Source: a virus (Duplodnaviria > Caudoviricetes). From it: a stretch of 64,000 nucleotides of DNA. The stretch spans positions 3,610 to 67,609 of the IMG/VR virus record IMGVR_UViG_2880074916_000002; one strand, given 5' to 3'. Below the pieces are notes generated by a model. The model saw only the letters and a list, made by a program, of their open reading frames with translations. It did no database searches and was not told the origin of the DNA. Of the stretch, positions 11,201 to 19,103 are shown piece after piece; positions within the stretch are counted from its first letter, which is position 1; each line of letters starts with the position of its first letter. The position numbers and the translations under genes were made by a program.

Positions 11201-13122
11201 TTTTCAGTGCTTGAAATAGTATTTTCTATTGGATTTGGATTATTTTCTCTTAAAACAGATTTAATATCATTGCTTTCGCTCGGTTGTGTTTTTGGAATAA
11301 CAGACTTGTTCCCAGTGGTGTTGAGTGCAGGTATATTTTTCCTTGCTTGAATGTCTGCTGTAACTTCACTATTTTCTGAAACTGCTTGTTCAATTTTTGT
11401 TGTTGCTCCAACTGGAGATTCATTATTTGTGGATTGATTTGCCCCACTAACGCCTGATTGAGCAGTTCCTGATTTGGAAATGCCATCATTTTCTGATGCT
11501 GTAACAGTATTTGTGCTTTGGTCTGAGGGGGAATCATTGAAAGTACTTGATTTGTATTCATTTGCAGATTGATCATATCCTGTGAAAATTGGTGCAGAGT
11601 TTTCATTGTTGCTTCCTAATAACGATTGATAGTTTGATGGCACAGCATTATTTAGAGACTCATTGTCATTACGTTGTAAGTTGCTTGCCACTTCATTTGA
11701 TGCATTTAGAGTTGGTGTAATACCACTATCCACTGCCAAAGCTGCAGCAGTAGACATAGGTCCATCATTGGGATTAATTCCCATTTGTTCCGATGGTTTT
11801 GGCTGTGTTGGAAACACATAATCAGACACTGATCCTGTTTCTATTTCTGTTGTATTTAAAGCAGGATGTTCATAATTGATGGTATTTCCGTGATCAACTC
11901 GTTCTGGTTGAAATTCACCTAATGCCCATGAGTCTGAGGCAGGTGCAGGCGGTTCAAAATTTACTTGGTTATCATATGCTTGTTGTTGTGGTACTTCGGT
12001 CTGTTTAGACTGATCAACATCAGTTGGAGTAAAGTCAAGTCCGTTATCATATTGAATTTGCGATTCATTTTGTTGTTCATTAGCTATACGATCTGCTTCT
12101 ACTTGCTGTTCCTGAACTATCGCATTTTGTTGCTCATTATACGCCTTATTATTTTGATGATAATTTACTGGTGCAGAGACAGTATTCATGCCTCCACCCA
12201 TTGCCATGCCTGCAAGTGTGCCCATCACAATAGCGGAATCTAAGCCTTCATCTAGTGGTTTGCCTAACGCATAATTTTGTAAGAGTTGTTCAGATACTGA
12301 CTGCGGTAATTCTTCAAGTAAACCTTCTGTCAGTGCACCACCAATAATTGATTTTGGGATGGTTGAAAGTGGCATTTTTTGGATTGAATCACCTACAAGC
12401 TGTGAATTCAAATGCCCTGAAGCCATAGCAGTTTCTAAGTCATCAAACCCTAATTTTCTTACAACTTGACCGCCAGCCAAACCAAATAGTGAACCCAAAG
12501 CACCAGTCGCTATTGAAAGACCTGATTGTTCAGGTGTAAGCAATTTATCATTTGTATCATAGCGAATATTTTCAGCTTGTTGCCCTGCCATGACAGCGCC
12601 CTCGCCGATTGCACCTGCGGCAATAGGTTTAATAGCTTTGCTTGCCATACCAAGCCCACGACCCACTGCACCACCAGCCAACATAGATGGAGCTGATTCA
12701 ACGACTGTATTGAAAATCATAGATGGGTTAGATAAAGCGACTTTACCTTTTTCAATGACTTTTCCTACAAGTGAGTCTTCGTTTTGCCCCGCCTCGCTGA
12801 ATTGTTTTTGTTGTTCTTTATATTGGTCTGTATGCAAATCATTAAGTGCATCTTGAGTTTGCTTGAACTGAATGGGTGTATTTTCTTCTATAAATTTACC
12901 AACTTGACCACCAGTAGGTATATCTGCGAGTCCAACCAAAGTTTCGGGTACAGCAACTACGCCTTTAAGTAAGGAGACGCCAGCGTCTTGAGCATGACCG
13001 AGAAAGCCTTTTTCTTGTTGTTTTTCTCCATCCAAGCTACCAACAAATGGCTTAAGTGCTGTTGATTGATCTTTATTATTATCTAGTTGCCCTGAAAATG
13101 GCTTTAAAATTTGCTCAGACAT
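5245..13122 (-). CDS. Giant polyvalent virion/ejection protein (PLxRFG-type, 2625 aa)
   Basis: Inorganic-PPase-like block (GNYKKGH...HYGYI...ADNEHIDTY), two HExxGH-type metallopeptidase blocks, ART-PolyVal-like block (VVYHGT...GIYLT...EFIVALEPNQVK), YFPLARFG motif. Confidence 0.8.
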   Translation of the reverse strand: MSEQILKPFSGQLDNNKDQSTALKPFVGSLDGEKQQEKGFLGHAQDAGVSLLKGVVAVPETLVGLADIPTGGQVGKFIEENTPIQFKQTQDALNDLHTDQYKEQQKQFSEAGQNEDSLVGKVIEKGKVALSNPSMIFNTVVESAPSMLAGGAVGRGLGMASKAIKPIAAGAIGEGAVMAGQQAENIRYDTNDKLLTPEQSGLSIATGALGSLFGLAGGQVVRKLGFDDLETAMASGHLNSQLVGDSIQKMPLSTIPKSIIGGALTEGLLEELPQSVSEQLLQNYALGKPLDEGLDSAIVMGTLAGMAMGGGMNTVSAPVNYHQNNKAYNEQQNAIVQEQQVEADRIANEQQNESQIQYDNGLDFTPTDVDQSKQTEVPQQQAYDNQVNFEPPAPASDSWALGEFQPERVDHGNTINYEHPALNTTEIETGSVSDYVFPTQPKPSEQMGINPNDGPMSTAAALAVDSGITPTLNASNEVASNLQRNDNESLNNAVPSNYQSLLGSNNENSAPIFTGYDQSANEYKSSTFNDSPSDQSTNTVTASENDGISKSGTAQSGVSGANQSTNNESPVGATTKIEQAVSENSEVTADIQARKNIPALNTTGNKSVIPKTQPSESNDIKSVLRENNPNPIENTISSTENSNLNGQNDIDQTQTNNITDQISQLEQQLSEAKTVSEKAKLRKQINQLKSQQAETDTISQNIPVTPDQIQTQYGDTPESVMSDVELLGDDFTIDLRDDKKKTNALNNPNYNAVQKPDGSVEIIGMKHPTTGEWVGKKPNAVSIDENAHQAATSFQNNTPEPTQAQIEAGNYKKGHIKVQGLDISIENPKGSERRGTDPNGKAWAHAMSDHYGYIKRTKGADNEHIDTYIGHNPDSNQVFIVDQIDQASGNFDEHKVMLGFNNQEEAITAYKSNFDKGWKVGPIRNMDMGQFKDWLKNGDTSKPSSPQNLKESIENIRAEKIRQKTINDLHSGVYGKATDEQLQESLKHLNKEIAKAQKQSENEVVNGKRSTRKAVASGALDRFLKNRVDLETYIKARKNGEIKQRNDGTNDYSRNKLKPDEDRKGTSPLDTTFNALSIVSATRRVLSILEHLKLPTAQDTSSSDRIVVGNYRVSGFSVQIISSFADLPKVIQNDATYQDENGKTQNYDVSGVWHDGTLYVVADQVYGDSSKQLTTFDAYEELLVHEIIGRLGVQKLFGQEYKTKFQQLFNALGGMKGIRKIAQDNGVDMQQFESAYVQPYTQGVKDEIYTESDVQQALVSELFAFVAQNAKSKPFVRQKLKEVLGYIRQWFRDRGFDKFLSRYNDADLMMFLAEARKAVVDQKYFGKFKDQKIANNKNDSDQPLYSRSRENSTGINVQQVRDVLVDRFGKDTINELERQGKLEIIQDYQVDGVEGFYYNGKAVLVASNLTKESAVPTFLHELGGHAGFQNMMNQKQYQGLMSQFDKLVEQGNPVAMAAKVLAEREQGKNRQQLEYLPYLLTLSSTMQQRNVIQRNALQKLINNIVSFVKAWAFDKFGINLNLNPDDILVLSERMVNQLKEQSSLDAVRQKYHGTSQWMTAPNGAKTQLSEQQWLQVRTPEFKKWFGDWENDAKNASQVLDENGEPKVVYHGTASEFNEFKQGHGILGDGIYLTDSFDTADMYANIRGNNGFVLPLFVNIRNAFKTTENISRDKIVEATSSGKYQGVVHHFDNQEFIVALEPNQVKMAEGNTGTFNSESADIRFSRSAKESIDNLSKNLKNISVKSIKDKTAYKFTDWLGIGLSTLGRRQLTEIYSKLLPQLNKYNELAAQMDADKNDAGAEADEIVREWANLKDENQLADLMHDATLAMIDPAKPYVPGDNKIKYQQLRADFNSLSPETQAMYIKARDSYKKHYAKVQFAIKERILRASLSSQKKADLIKQMDQQFYGYVKGVYFPLARFGKYVVVSRNTTGQVESVSRAETMGEAQKIRLEMMKKFPQWKIDPVIQDKEFRSSRDAVGRGFMSNLFAEVDNLGLSTAEQAAFEDTLNQLYLSSMPDLSWAKHGIHRKGTAGFSQDARRAYAQNMFSGANYLAKLRYGDQLADQLDAMQKYSDEQIKQDHRYNQSAAQSVIDEMNKRHENLMNPKGHPLSSSLTSLGFIYYLGLSPAAAMVNLSQTALVAYPIMGARWGFDKAGKELLKASNDFRKGVDFHKVKWEGSKTDLYKTMSADISKFLSKDEKQAYDEAVARGVIDVTQAHDLAGIAQGEDSGIMWKTRPIMRAASVLFHNAERFNREVTFIASYRLARQAGVNHDLAFDQAVDATYKGHFDYSSGNRPRIMQGNVAKVLLLFKQFGQNMVYTLARQTYQSIKGETDAERNEARKSLAAILAMHATFAGVLGLPLVGMLLSVVSWAGGDDDDPWDAEIALRNYLAEAFNPTISNLLMKGAPRALTPIDLSGRVGINNMLLPDVQEGLEGKKWAESAMSGALGPVAGIGLNVAKGTQEISEGHNLRGLETMLPVFLKNFAKTYRYGEEGVQDKTGVSIMDEVNSMDLLVQGMGFSPSDVRTANEGKSAIYQLDKKLNARRGRLMTLWTRAKMMDDQQEMDEIWTEIQGFNDKNPSRRITRMNLNQSYKNRQRRIDRAEDGIYLSRNRQDARSAGNFAFGE

Positions 13123-13175
13123 GACACACTCCTAAAGATATGCGTCTATCATGATTTTTATATATAAAATGGTCT

Positions 13176-13189
13176 AACCTTAGAGGGGG
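13176..13189 (-). promoter_or_regulatory. Recurring late motif, copy before the giant gene
   Basis: Plus strand AACCTTAGAGGGGG. Confidence 0.6.
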
Positions 13190-13193
13190 CAAT

Positions 13194-13220
13194 AAAAAAC
13201 CACCCGAGGGTGGCTTCTTT
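13194..13220 (-). terminator. Terminator after the HEPN gene
   Basis: A6-CCACCC-GA-GGGTGG on plus strand, U-tract on minus. Confidence 0.75.
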
Positions 13221-13626
13221 ATTCATACTTTTCAAGACAATCAAATATGTCTTGAACAAATTTCAAAGTAGTTTGAACAGTTACATGATCTACATTTGAT
13301 TCTATATGATAGTCAGCTGTTTCACGCATCCTTTTCGCTCTACGCATATTATTTGCAATAGTAGAAAGTAGCACTTTTCGACTATCACCATTTGCTAAAT
13401 TCCGCATCTGGTTATCACATGCATCTATAAGGGCTTTATGAGATTTTGTAACTCGGTCATCTCCATCAACTTTAAAAAATAACCGATTATCTATTTCATA
13501 CTGAAGCTGATTAAGTGCAGCATAATAAGTCTGATGAATAACACATCTAAAATGTAATTCACTAGAATTTTCAGATTGACTTAATTCCTGAGCATAACTC
13601 AATCTTTGATGTGGTTTAAAACTCAT
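13219..13626 (-). CDS. HEPN-domain protein (UPF0332-like)
   Basis: RCVIHQTYYAALN, SHKAL and RMRETADY match the R..is..YYa / H / R..ADY HEPN pattern. Confidence 0.7.
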   Translation of the reverse strand: MSFKPHQRLSYAQELSQSENSSELHFRCVIHQTYYAALNQLQYEIDNRLFFKVDGDDRVTKSHKALIDACDNQMRNLANGDSRKVLLSTIANNMRRAKRMRETADYHIESNVDHVTVQTTLKFVQDIFDCLEKYE

Positions 13627-13627
13627 T

Positions 13628-14368
13628 TCACGCTGCTGAATTATGCCAAATTGATGATATAGGGGTCAGAATAACATTAATTTTAGAATTAACATCATAA
13701 AATTCAGGATGTTCCGCTATGTGCTGATCAAATTCATTAAGAATCTTCTGTGTCACATCCAAGTTTGTTACGGCTTCAAAATGCAAATAATATTCTTCTT
13801 CATCAAAAATACTATGACGCACCAAACCAAACCGAACATTGTGCTTTCGGATTTTACTGAAGAAGACCTGCATCAAACTTTCAGCTTCATTAATATTAAT
13901 TTTTAAATCATGTAAACGTGATTTTCGCTTGGAAAGCTTATCTTTTATTTCAGTTGGTAAATCATATTGTTCGATTTTATGATATGCAAATGTAGCCAAA
14001 GCAATTCTTTCGATCTGCTTTTGAGCCTCGGAATCATTACCCATACTCATAGCATGGATTGCTTCATCAAAATATCCATTTAAAAGATACTGAGTAGACT
14101 GATTCATCATAGAATAAGAATCTGTTGCACCTAATTTCTGTGCATTTGCAAAAGCATCATACATTGCTTGTGGTTGATTATATAAAGAATATACAAAACC
14201 TTTACATATCCACAGATTCGCAATATCAACATTACTTTCAAGTAATTTTTTTATTTCAGCCAAATATCTATTCGCACGAAATTCACTTAGAACCTCATGT
14301 GTCCGCTCAACACTTGAAAGCTCTAAAAGTAATTCTATTGCTTTAGTTTTTGGTATAGGGGCGACCAT
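13628..14368 (-). CDS. TPR-like protein, operonic partner of HEPN
   Basis: TPR-like helices (LWICKGFVYSLYNQPQAMYDAFANAQKLG); its stop is 1 nt from the HEPN start. Confidence 0.65.
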   Translation of the reverse strand: MVAPIPKTKAIELLLELSSVERTHEVLSEFRANRYLAEIKKLLESNVDIANLWICKGFVYSLYNQPQAMYDAFANAQKLGATDSYSMMNQSTQYLLNGYFDEAIHAMSMGNDSEAQKQIERIALATFAYHKIEQYDLPTEIKDKLSKRKSRLHDLKININEAESLMQVFFSKIRKHNVRFGLVRHSIFDEEEYYLHFEAVTNLDVTQKILNEFDQHIAEHPEFYDVNSKINVILTPISSIWHNSAA

Positions 14369-14452
14369 GTGGCTACCTATAAATATTTAAGTCTCATATA
14401 AACATTTTAAAGCTTTTTTCAACTAACGCAAAAGTATTTCATATTCTGCAAT

Positions 14453-14484
14453 AAAATAGCCACCCTCGGGTGGCTTTCTTTTAT
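14453..14484. terminator. Bidirectional terminator after the 656-aa gene
   Basis: AGCCACCC-TC-GGGTGGCT with A/T tails. Confidence 0.75.
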
Positions 14485-16455
14485 TTAACCATTTACGAAT
14501 CTATTTCCATTAGCATCTTCATATACTGGCTTACCGTTGCTAGTACCTACCTGTTTCACCATATTAGGAGGTAGTCCTTGTGATTGAGCACTATCTATTC
14601 TCTGACCTGTTTGGTTATTAATCAGAACATCGGCATTTTTGATAATATTTCCTTTTTCATCAATAGTCTCACCACCATTTATTGCCATCACCCGACTACC
14701 ACCCTGCTGACTTTGTTGCCCTCGCACCATCCCTAATTTTTCAGTTAAAGATTGTCGTTCTTCAGCCGTTTCAGCAGCTTCATACTGTTTAAGCAAATTC
14801 AACTCATACGCCTGTTTCATACGTGCAGGCATATTATTGAGCTGTTCTGCGCTAAACTGACGATTAGCTAAGTCATTGCTTGCATTAAATTTCTGTGCAT
14901 CTAAGTTCAAGTTAGCATTTAAACGACTATTTGCACCCTGTTCACCCAATTCAGCGCGGTAGTTTTGTGCAGACTGCCCCATTGCTTCACGCTGAATTGT
15001 TGCATCATTATTAGCATCAGTTTTATAAACATCATTTGCACGGTTCGCATCACCTTGATTCATATCAGACAAAGTACGAATTTGGTTGGCGGTTAGCCCC
15101 CTTGCACCTTTAATAGGGGTGCTTGCTGCGCGTATGATTTCTTGACGTTCAGCTTCTTGTTCTACTGTTCGTTGTGGTATCTGTGCTCGTCGTTCAATAT
15201 TTCCATAACCCTGCATGCCCAGATTCATTTCAGGCGTTCTAGCCATAAAGTCCTTAATGCCCTGAACGCCAACACCTTTTTGTACACCTGAACTTTGAAG
15301 TTCAGGTACGCCATTTGCTCGCGCTTGAGCTGCTGCATTAGGGTTTGCATAACTAAAAGCGTTGCCCTTTTGCTGGATTGCATAAGGGTTTGCTTGAGGC
15401 TGTGTATTAGTTTGTGCTGAACCTAAATTAAATGGATCAGCTTTAGGTGCTTGCGTAGCGGTATTAGCTGTATTGACTGAAGTTTTTACATCGGTAGTAG
15501 CTAAAGGTGATGGGACAGCATTAGATTTTAAAGGCTGTGTTACAGTTGCAACAGTTTTGTTTGCGGTTAGAGCTGGTTGAGATGTGCTCGTTGGTGTTTC
15601 TGTTTGTGTGCTAGGTGAGCGAGCAAACGCTTGACGTATCCCGAGTTTTGCTTGCTTTAATCCATCTCCAGCAAAGTCTAAAGATGGACCAACAATATTA
15701 CCACTATCTGAATTGTCACCATCAGCCACCCAACTGGCTAAACCTCTTACACCTTCTGCTAAGCCACCCATCAAACCGCCTGCTGCACCAACTCCAGCTT
15801 TACCTAATCCTGTTGCAGTATTCATTAACCCGCCAACAGCATTCCACGAGCCGTCATCATGTTCGGGTGCAATCATATTCTTAGCAAAAGCACCAAAACC
15901 CGATGTTTGAGGAGTTGATGGCTGTGCTTGATTTGTAGGAATTTGTGGTCTTGATTGTGAAACAATAGATTTAGGTTGAGTTGATATTGCTTGCCCGGTT
16001 TGTAATGTTGATGATTTACTTATATCAGCGATAGATTTGTTGGATGTATAACGTGACATATTCTCAGCAAAAGTTTGTGGTGCAGCTTTTTGCTTTAGCC
16101 ATTCGTTACCTACTTCTCCACCATTCGCAAAATACATCTCAGGTTTTTGTCCAGGCTTAAAACCCAATTGAGGTTGATCTACTGGTGTATGAGTCTGATC
16201 TTTCATAGCATCAAGTGCTTGCACACCCACCGAATGAACTTGGTCAGGTGACATTTGGAACTCACCGTTACTGAGATTGACTGGCGTGGGATTCCCCATA
16301 TTTTTTAAATTATTGGTACCAATCTGCTGAGTAGAATCAGCAGGCATAATATAACTACCTGCTGGAACATTTTTTTTAACATCATCAGAAGTGCCCGTAC
16401 CTGCACCTTGAATCAGTCCACTTTCATCTTTTGAGCGTTTTTTTAAGCCGTACAT
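14485..16455 (-). CDS. Putative internal virion (ejection) protein, 656 aa
   Basis: GAGTGTSDD...YIMPAD and LSNGEFQMSP motifs; Q/A-rich low complexity; position next to the giant protein. Confidence 0.6.
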   Translation of the reverse strand: MYGLKKRSKDESGLIQGAGTGTSDDVKKNVPAGSYIMPADSTQQIGTNNLKNMGNPTPVNLSNGEFQMSPDQVHSVGVQALDAMKDQTHTPVDQPQLGFKPGQKPEMYFANGGEVGNEWLKQKAAPQTFAENMSRYTSNKSIADISKSSTLQTGQAISTQPKSIVSQSRPQIPTNQAQPSTPQTSGFGAFAKNMIAPEHDDGSWNAVGGLMNTATGLGKAGVGAAGGLMGGLAEGVRGLASWVADGDNSDSGNIVGPSLDFAGDGLKQAKLGIRQAFARSPSTQTETPTSTSQPALTANKTVATVTQPLKSNAVPSPLATTDVKTSVNTANTATQAPKADPFNLGSAQTNTQPQANPYAIQQKGNAFSYANPNAAAQARANGVPELQSSGVQKGVGVQGIKDFMARTPEMNLGMQGYGNIERRAQIPQRTVEQEAERQEIIRAASTPIKGARGLTANQIRTLSDMNQGDANRANDVYKTDANNDATIQREAMGQSAQNYRAELGEQGANSRLNANLNLDAQKFNASNDLANRQFSAEQLNNMPARMKQAYELNLLKQYEAAETAEERQSLTEKLGMVRGQQSQQGGSRVMAINGGETIDEKGNIIKNADVLINNQTGQRIDSAQSQGLPPNMVKQVGTSNGKPVYEDANGNRFVNG

Positions 16456-16511
16456 GATGTTTATCCCATATAAATATCATGTATGGTTGATCAATATAGA
16501 TTGTAAACGTT

Positions 16512-16524
16512 AGCCTTATAGGGG
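16512..16524 (-). promoter_or_regulatory. Recurring late motif, copy before the 656-aa gene
   Basis: Plus strand AGCCTTATAGGGG. Confidence 0.6.
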
Positions 16525-16530
16525 AGTAAT

Positions 16531-16558
16531 AAAAAAACCACTTAAAAGTGGTTTTTTT
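16531..16558. terminator. Bidirectional terminator
   Basis: AAAAAAACCAC-TTAAAA-GTGGTTTTTTT. Confidence 0.8.
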
Positions 16559-16565
16559 ATTACTC

Positions 16566-16805
16566 TTAATATTTTATATAGTTTGTTAATTTATTGATAA
16601 ATTCAGCATTAGGTTTTCTTCCCGTTTCTTTAATCATTTCACGAAACATCATACTTTCAAGTGGGTGATTAATCACAAAACCTGATGACTTTTTAGGTGC
16701 TTGTTGATCTCGTAACTTCTTTGGAGTAATACCCTCTAATGACTGGATAAGCATTTGATCAACATATTGATTATTTAAATATAAATTTTCGAATTTATTT
16801 ATCAT
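16566..16805 (-). CDS. Small hypothetical protein coupled to the protease gene
   Basis: 79 aa, ATGA overlap with the upstream stop. Confidence 0.55.
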   Translation of the reverse strand: MINKFENLYLNNQYVDQMLIQSLEGITPKKLRDQQAPKKSSGFVINHPLESMMFREMIKETGRKPNAEFINKLTNYIKY

Positions 16806-17587
16806 ATCATATAGCCCCTGCAGTGAATAAAAATGTGCTTTTCTTCTTTTGCCATATAATCTCTTAAATTAGAAAAATAATTTGAGAGATGATCACCTAG
16901 ATTGTTTATTGTATCAATATCATCAATTAATAATTTTAGTTGATTTGTTAAGACATCTTTGGATAGACCTCGTCCATGTGAATGCCATATTCTGTTATTG
17001 CATAATTGTGTTGCAACTTCAACAGCTCTTTCCTCTTTTTCTTCTATGGTAACTATATCACCTGAAGTTTTATGATTTGTCCAGTTTTTAAATTTATAAG
17101 TTGAAAGCCACTGCTTAAGTAAATCAATAGACAATTCTTTAGCTTGTTCAAACCATTGAAGTTCAGCTAAATCAAGTTTTTCAAGTAAGACAATATCTGC
17201 CGTTGTTAAGGTCCCATTGGTTGAAGCTAATTTTAATTTTTCATATTGATCTAAATAAGCTAAAACTGGGATCATTTTCCCATCTTTTTCTAACTGAGGA
17301 TCAATAGGACCTAGAACAGAATAATAGCTCATAAGAATTCTATCACCTGACATGACAAATATAGTCCCAGCTGACATAGCTCTATCAGGAACAATAAAGG
17401 TAATATGAGAATAATGATGACGAATAATATTCACCATTCTTTCAACAACCTCTACAACACCCCCTCCAGTATCCAAAATAACAGCCAATTGTTGTTGCTT
17501 GTTATCAATTGATTCAACTGCACCTTTAACAAAATTTTCTAAACCATTAAAAATTGGCGCAACAATTGTTAATACATCAGTTGGTAT

Positions 17588-18869
17588 AGAGATGGATCCG
17601 TAAATTTGAACAACTCCTATAAGTGATATTCTGCTCCTCAAATGATGTTATAAACATCAATATATGGAGTATTTTATGGCACGTAGACCAAGAAGAAATC
17701 ATTCAAATGATTTTAAAGCTAAGGTAGCACTTGCTGCGATTAAAGCAGAAAAAACACTTGCTGAATTGAGTGCTGAATTTGATGTTCATCAAAACCAAAT
17801 TATCGACTGGAAAAATCAACTGATTTCAGCTTCCTCGCAAGCTTTCGATCAATCAAAAGCTCCAACAGAACCACCCATCGATCTAAAAAAACTACATGCA
17901 AAAATCGGTGAGCAGGCATTAGAAATTGATTTTTTAGAAGGTGTGTTGAAGAAACTGGGCCGCTTCAACCACAAAAGTTAATCGATGACTCACTTCAGAT
18001 TTCAGTATCTAAGCAAGCTCAGCTGCTGAAAGTCTCCCGTGGTTGTTATTACTATCGCCCAAAACCTGTGAGTGCATCAGATCTGAAGCTGATGCGCTGT
18101 ATTGATGAATTACATATGCAATACCCTTTTGCAGGTAGCCGTATGATGCGTGATTTGTTGAATCGTCAAGGACATCATATAGGACGACGTCATACACGTA
18201 CTTTAATGAAGAAAATGGGCATTAATGCGTTATATTGCAAACCAAATTTAAGCCAGGCTAATCAAGCTCACCGTAAATATCCATATCTGCTCAAAGGGTT
18301 GGCTATTCAGCGCAGTAATCAAGTGTGGTCTACGGATATAACGTATATCCCTATGGCAAAAGGCTTTGTTTATTTATGTGCTGTGATTGATTGGCATAGC
18401 CGCAAGGTACTTGCGCATAGGGTATCGATTAGTATGGAGGTGGATTTTTGTATTTCGGCTTTAAATGAAGCGATTGAAAAATATGGTCGACCTGAAATAT
18501 TTAATACAGACCAAGGCAGCCAGTTTACCAGTGATGCATTTATTGATGTATTGAAATCAAATGGCATTCAAATCAGTATGGATGGTAAAGGTCGATGGGT
18601 AGATAATGTGATGGTTGAACGATTATGGCGGAGCGTTAAATATGAAGAGGTGTATCTCAAAGCTTATAGCAGTGTCACAGATGCGAAAAAGCAATTAAGT
18701 GCATATTTTGAGTTTTATAATTTGAAACGACCTCATTCGAGTCTAGACAAAATGACACCAAATGAGTTTTACTATGATCAGCTACCCCAACAAAACAAGG
18801 TGGCTTAACTAGAGCGGAATATCACTTATAAATACGCTTTTAGTTGTTCAAACAAGTGGGACCACCTCT
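17588..18869 (+). mobile_element. IS3-family element, 1282 bp (ISAba14-like from memory; unverified)
   Basis: Ends AGAGATGGATCC / GGGACCACCTCT; 4-bp TSD GTAT at 17584-17587 and 18870-18873. Confidence 0.92.
17676..18808 (+). CDS. IS3 transposase OrfA/OrfB, -1 frameshift at AAAAG near 17973
   Basis: OrfA HTH MARRPRRNH; OrfB WSTDITY, FNTDQGSQF, ERLWRSVKYE. Confidence 0.92.
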
Positions 18870-19092
18870 GTATACCTGTATCTAACTCTAAACAAGTCGA
18901 GATTTCTTGTAAGTTATTTTCAAAAACATTATTTGTAACTTGATTTAAAATATAAGTTAACGACATAGATATGTAACATAATAAAATAAATACGAATTTA
19001 ACTTAATAAATTCAATTAAGCTACAGTTATTAGAATGATTTTAGACTAGATACAAACTATTCATAATTAAATCTTAAATCAATCTTAGCAGT

Positions 19093-19103
19093 AGCTTACA
19101 GGG
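19093..19103 (-). promoter_or_regulatory. Degenerate copy of the late motif right after the stop of the 834-aa gene
   Basis: Plus strand AGCTTACAGGG. Confidence 0.4.

Larger units (their letters stand above)
16802..18966 (-). pseudogene. SDH-family Clp-fold serine protease interrupted by IS3
   Basis: LDTGGG, AMSAGT, LGPIDPQ motifs; removing the IS and one GTAT restores MSLTYILNQ...ELDTG-IPTDVL in frame (292 aa, ATG 18966). Confidence 0.85.
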
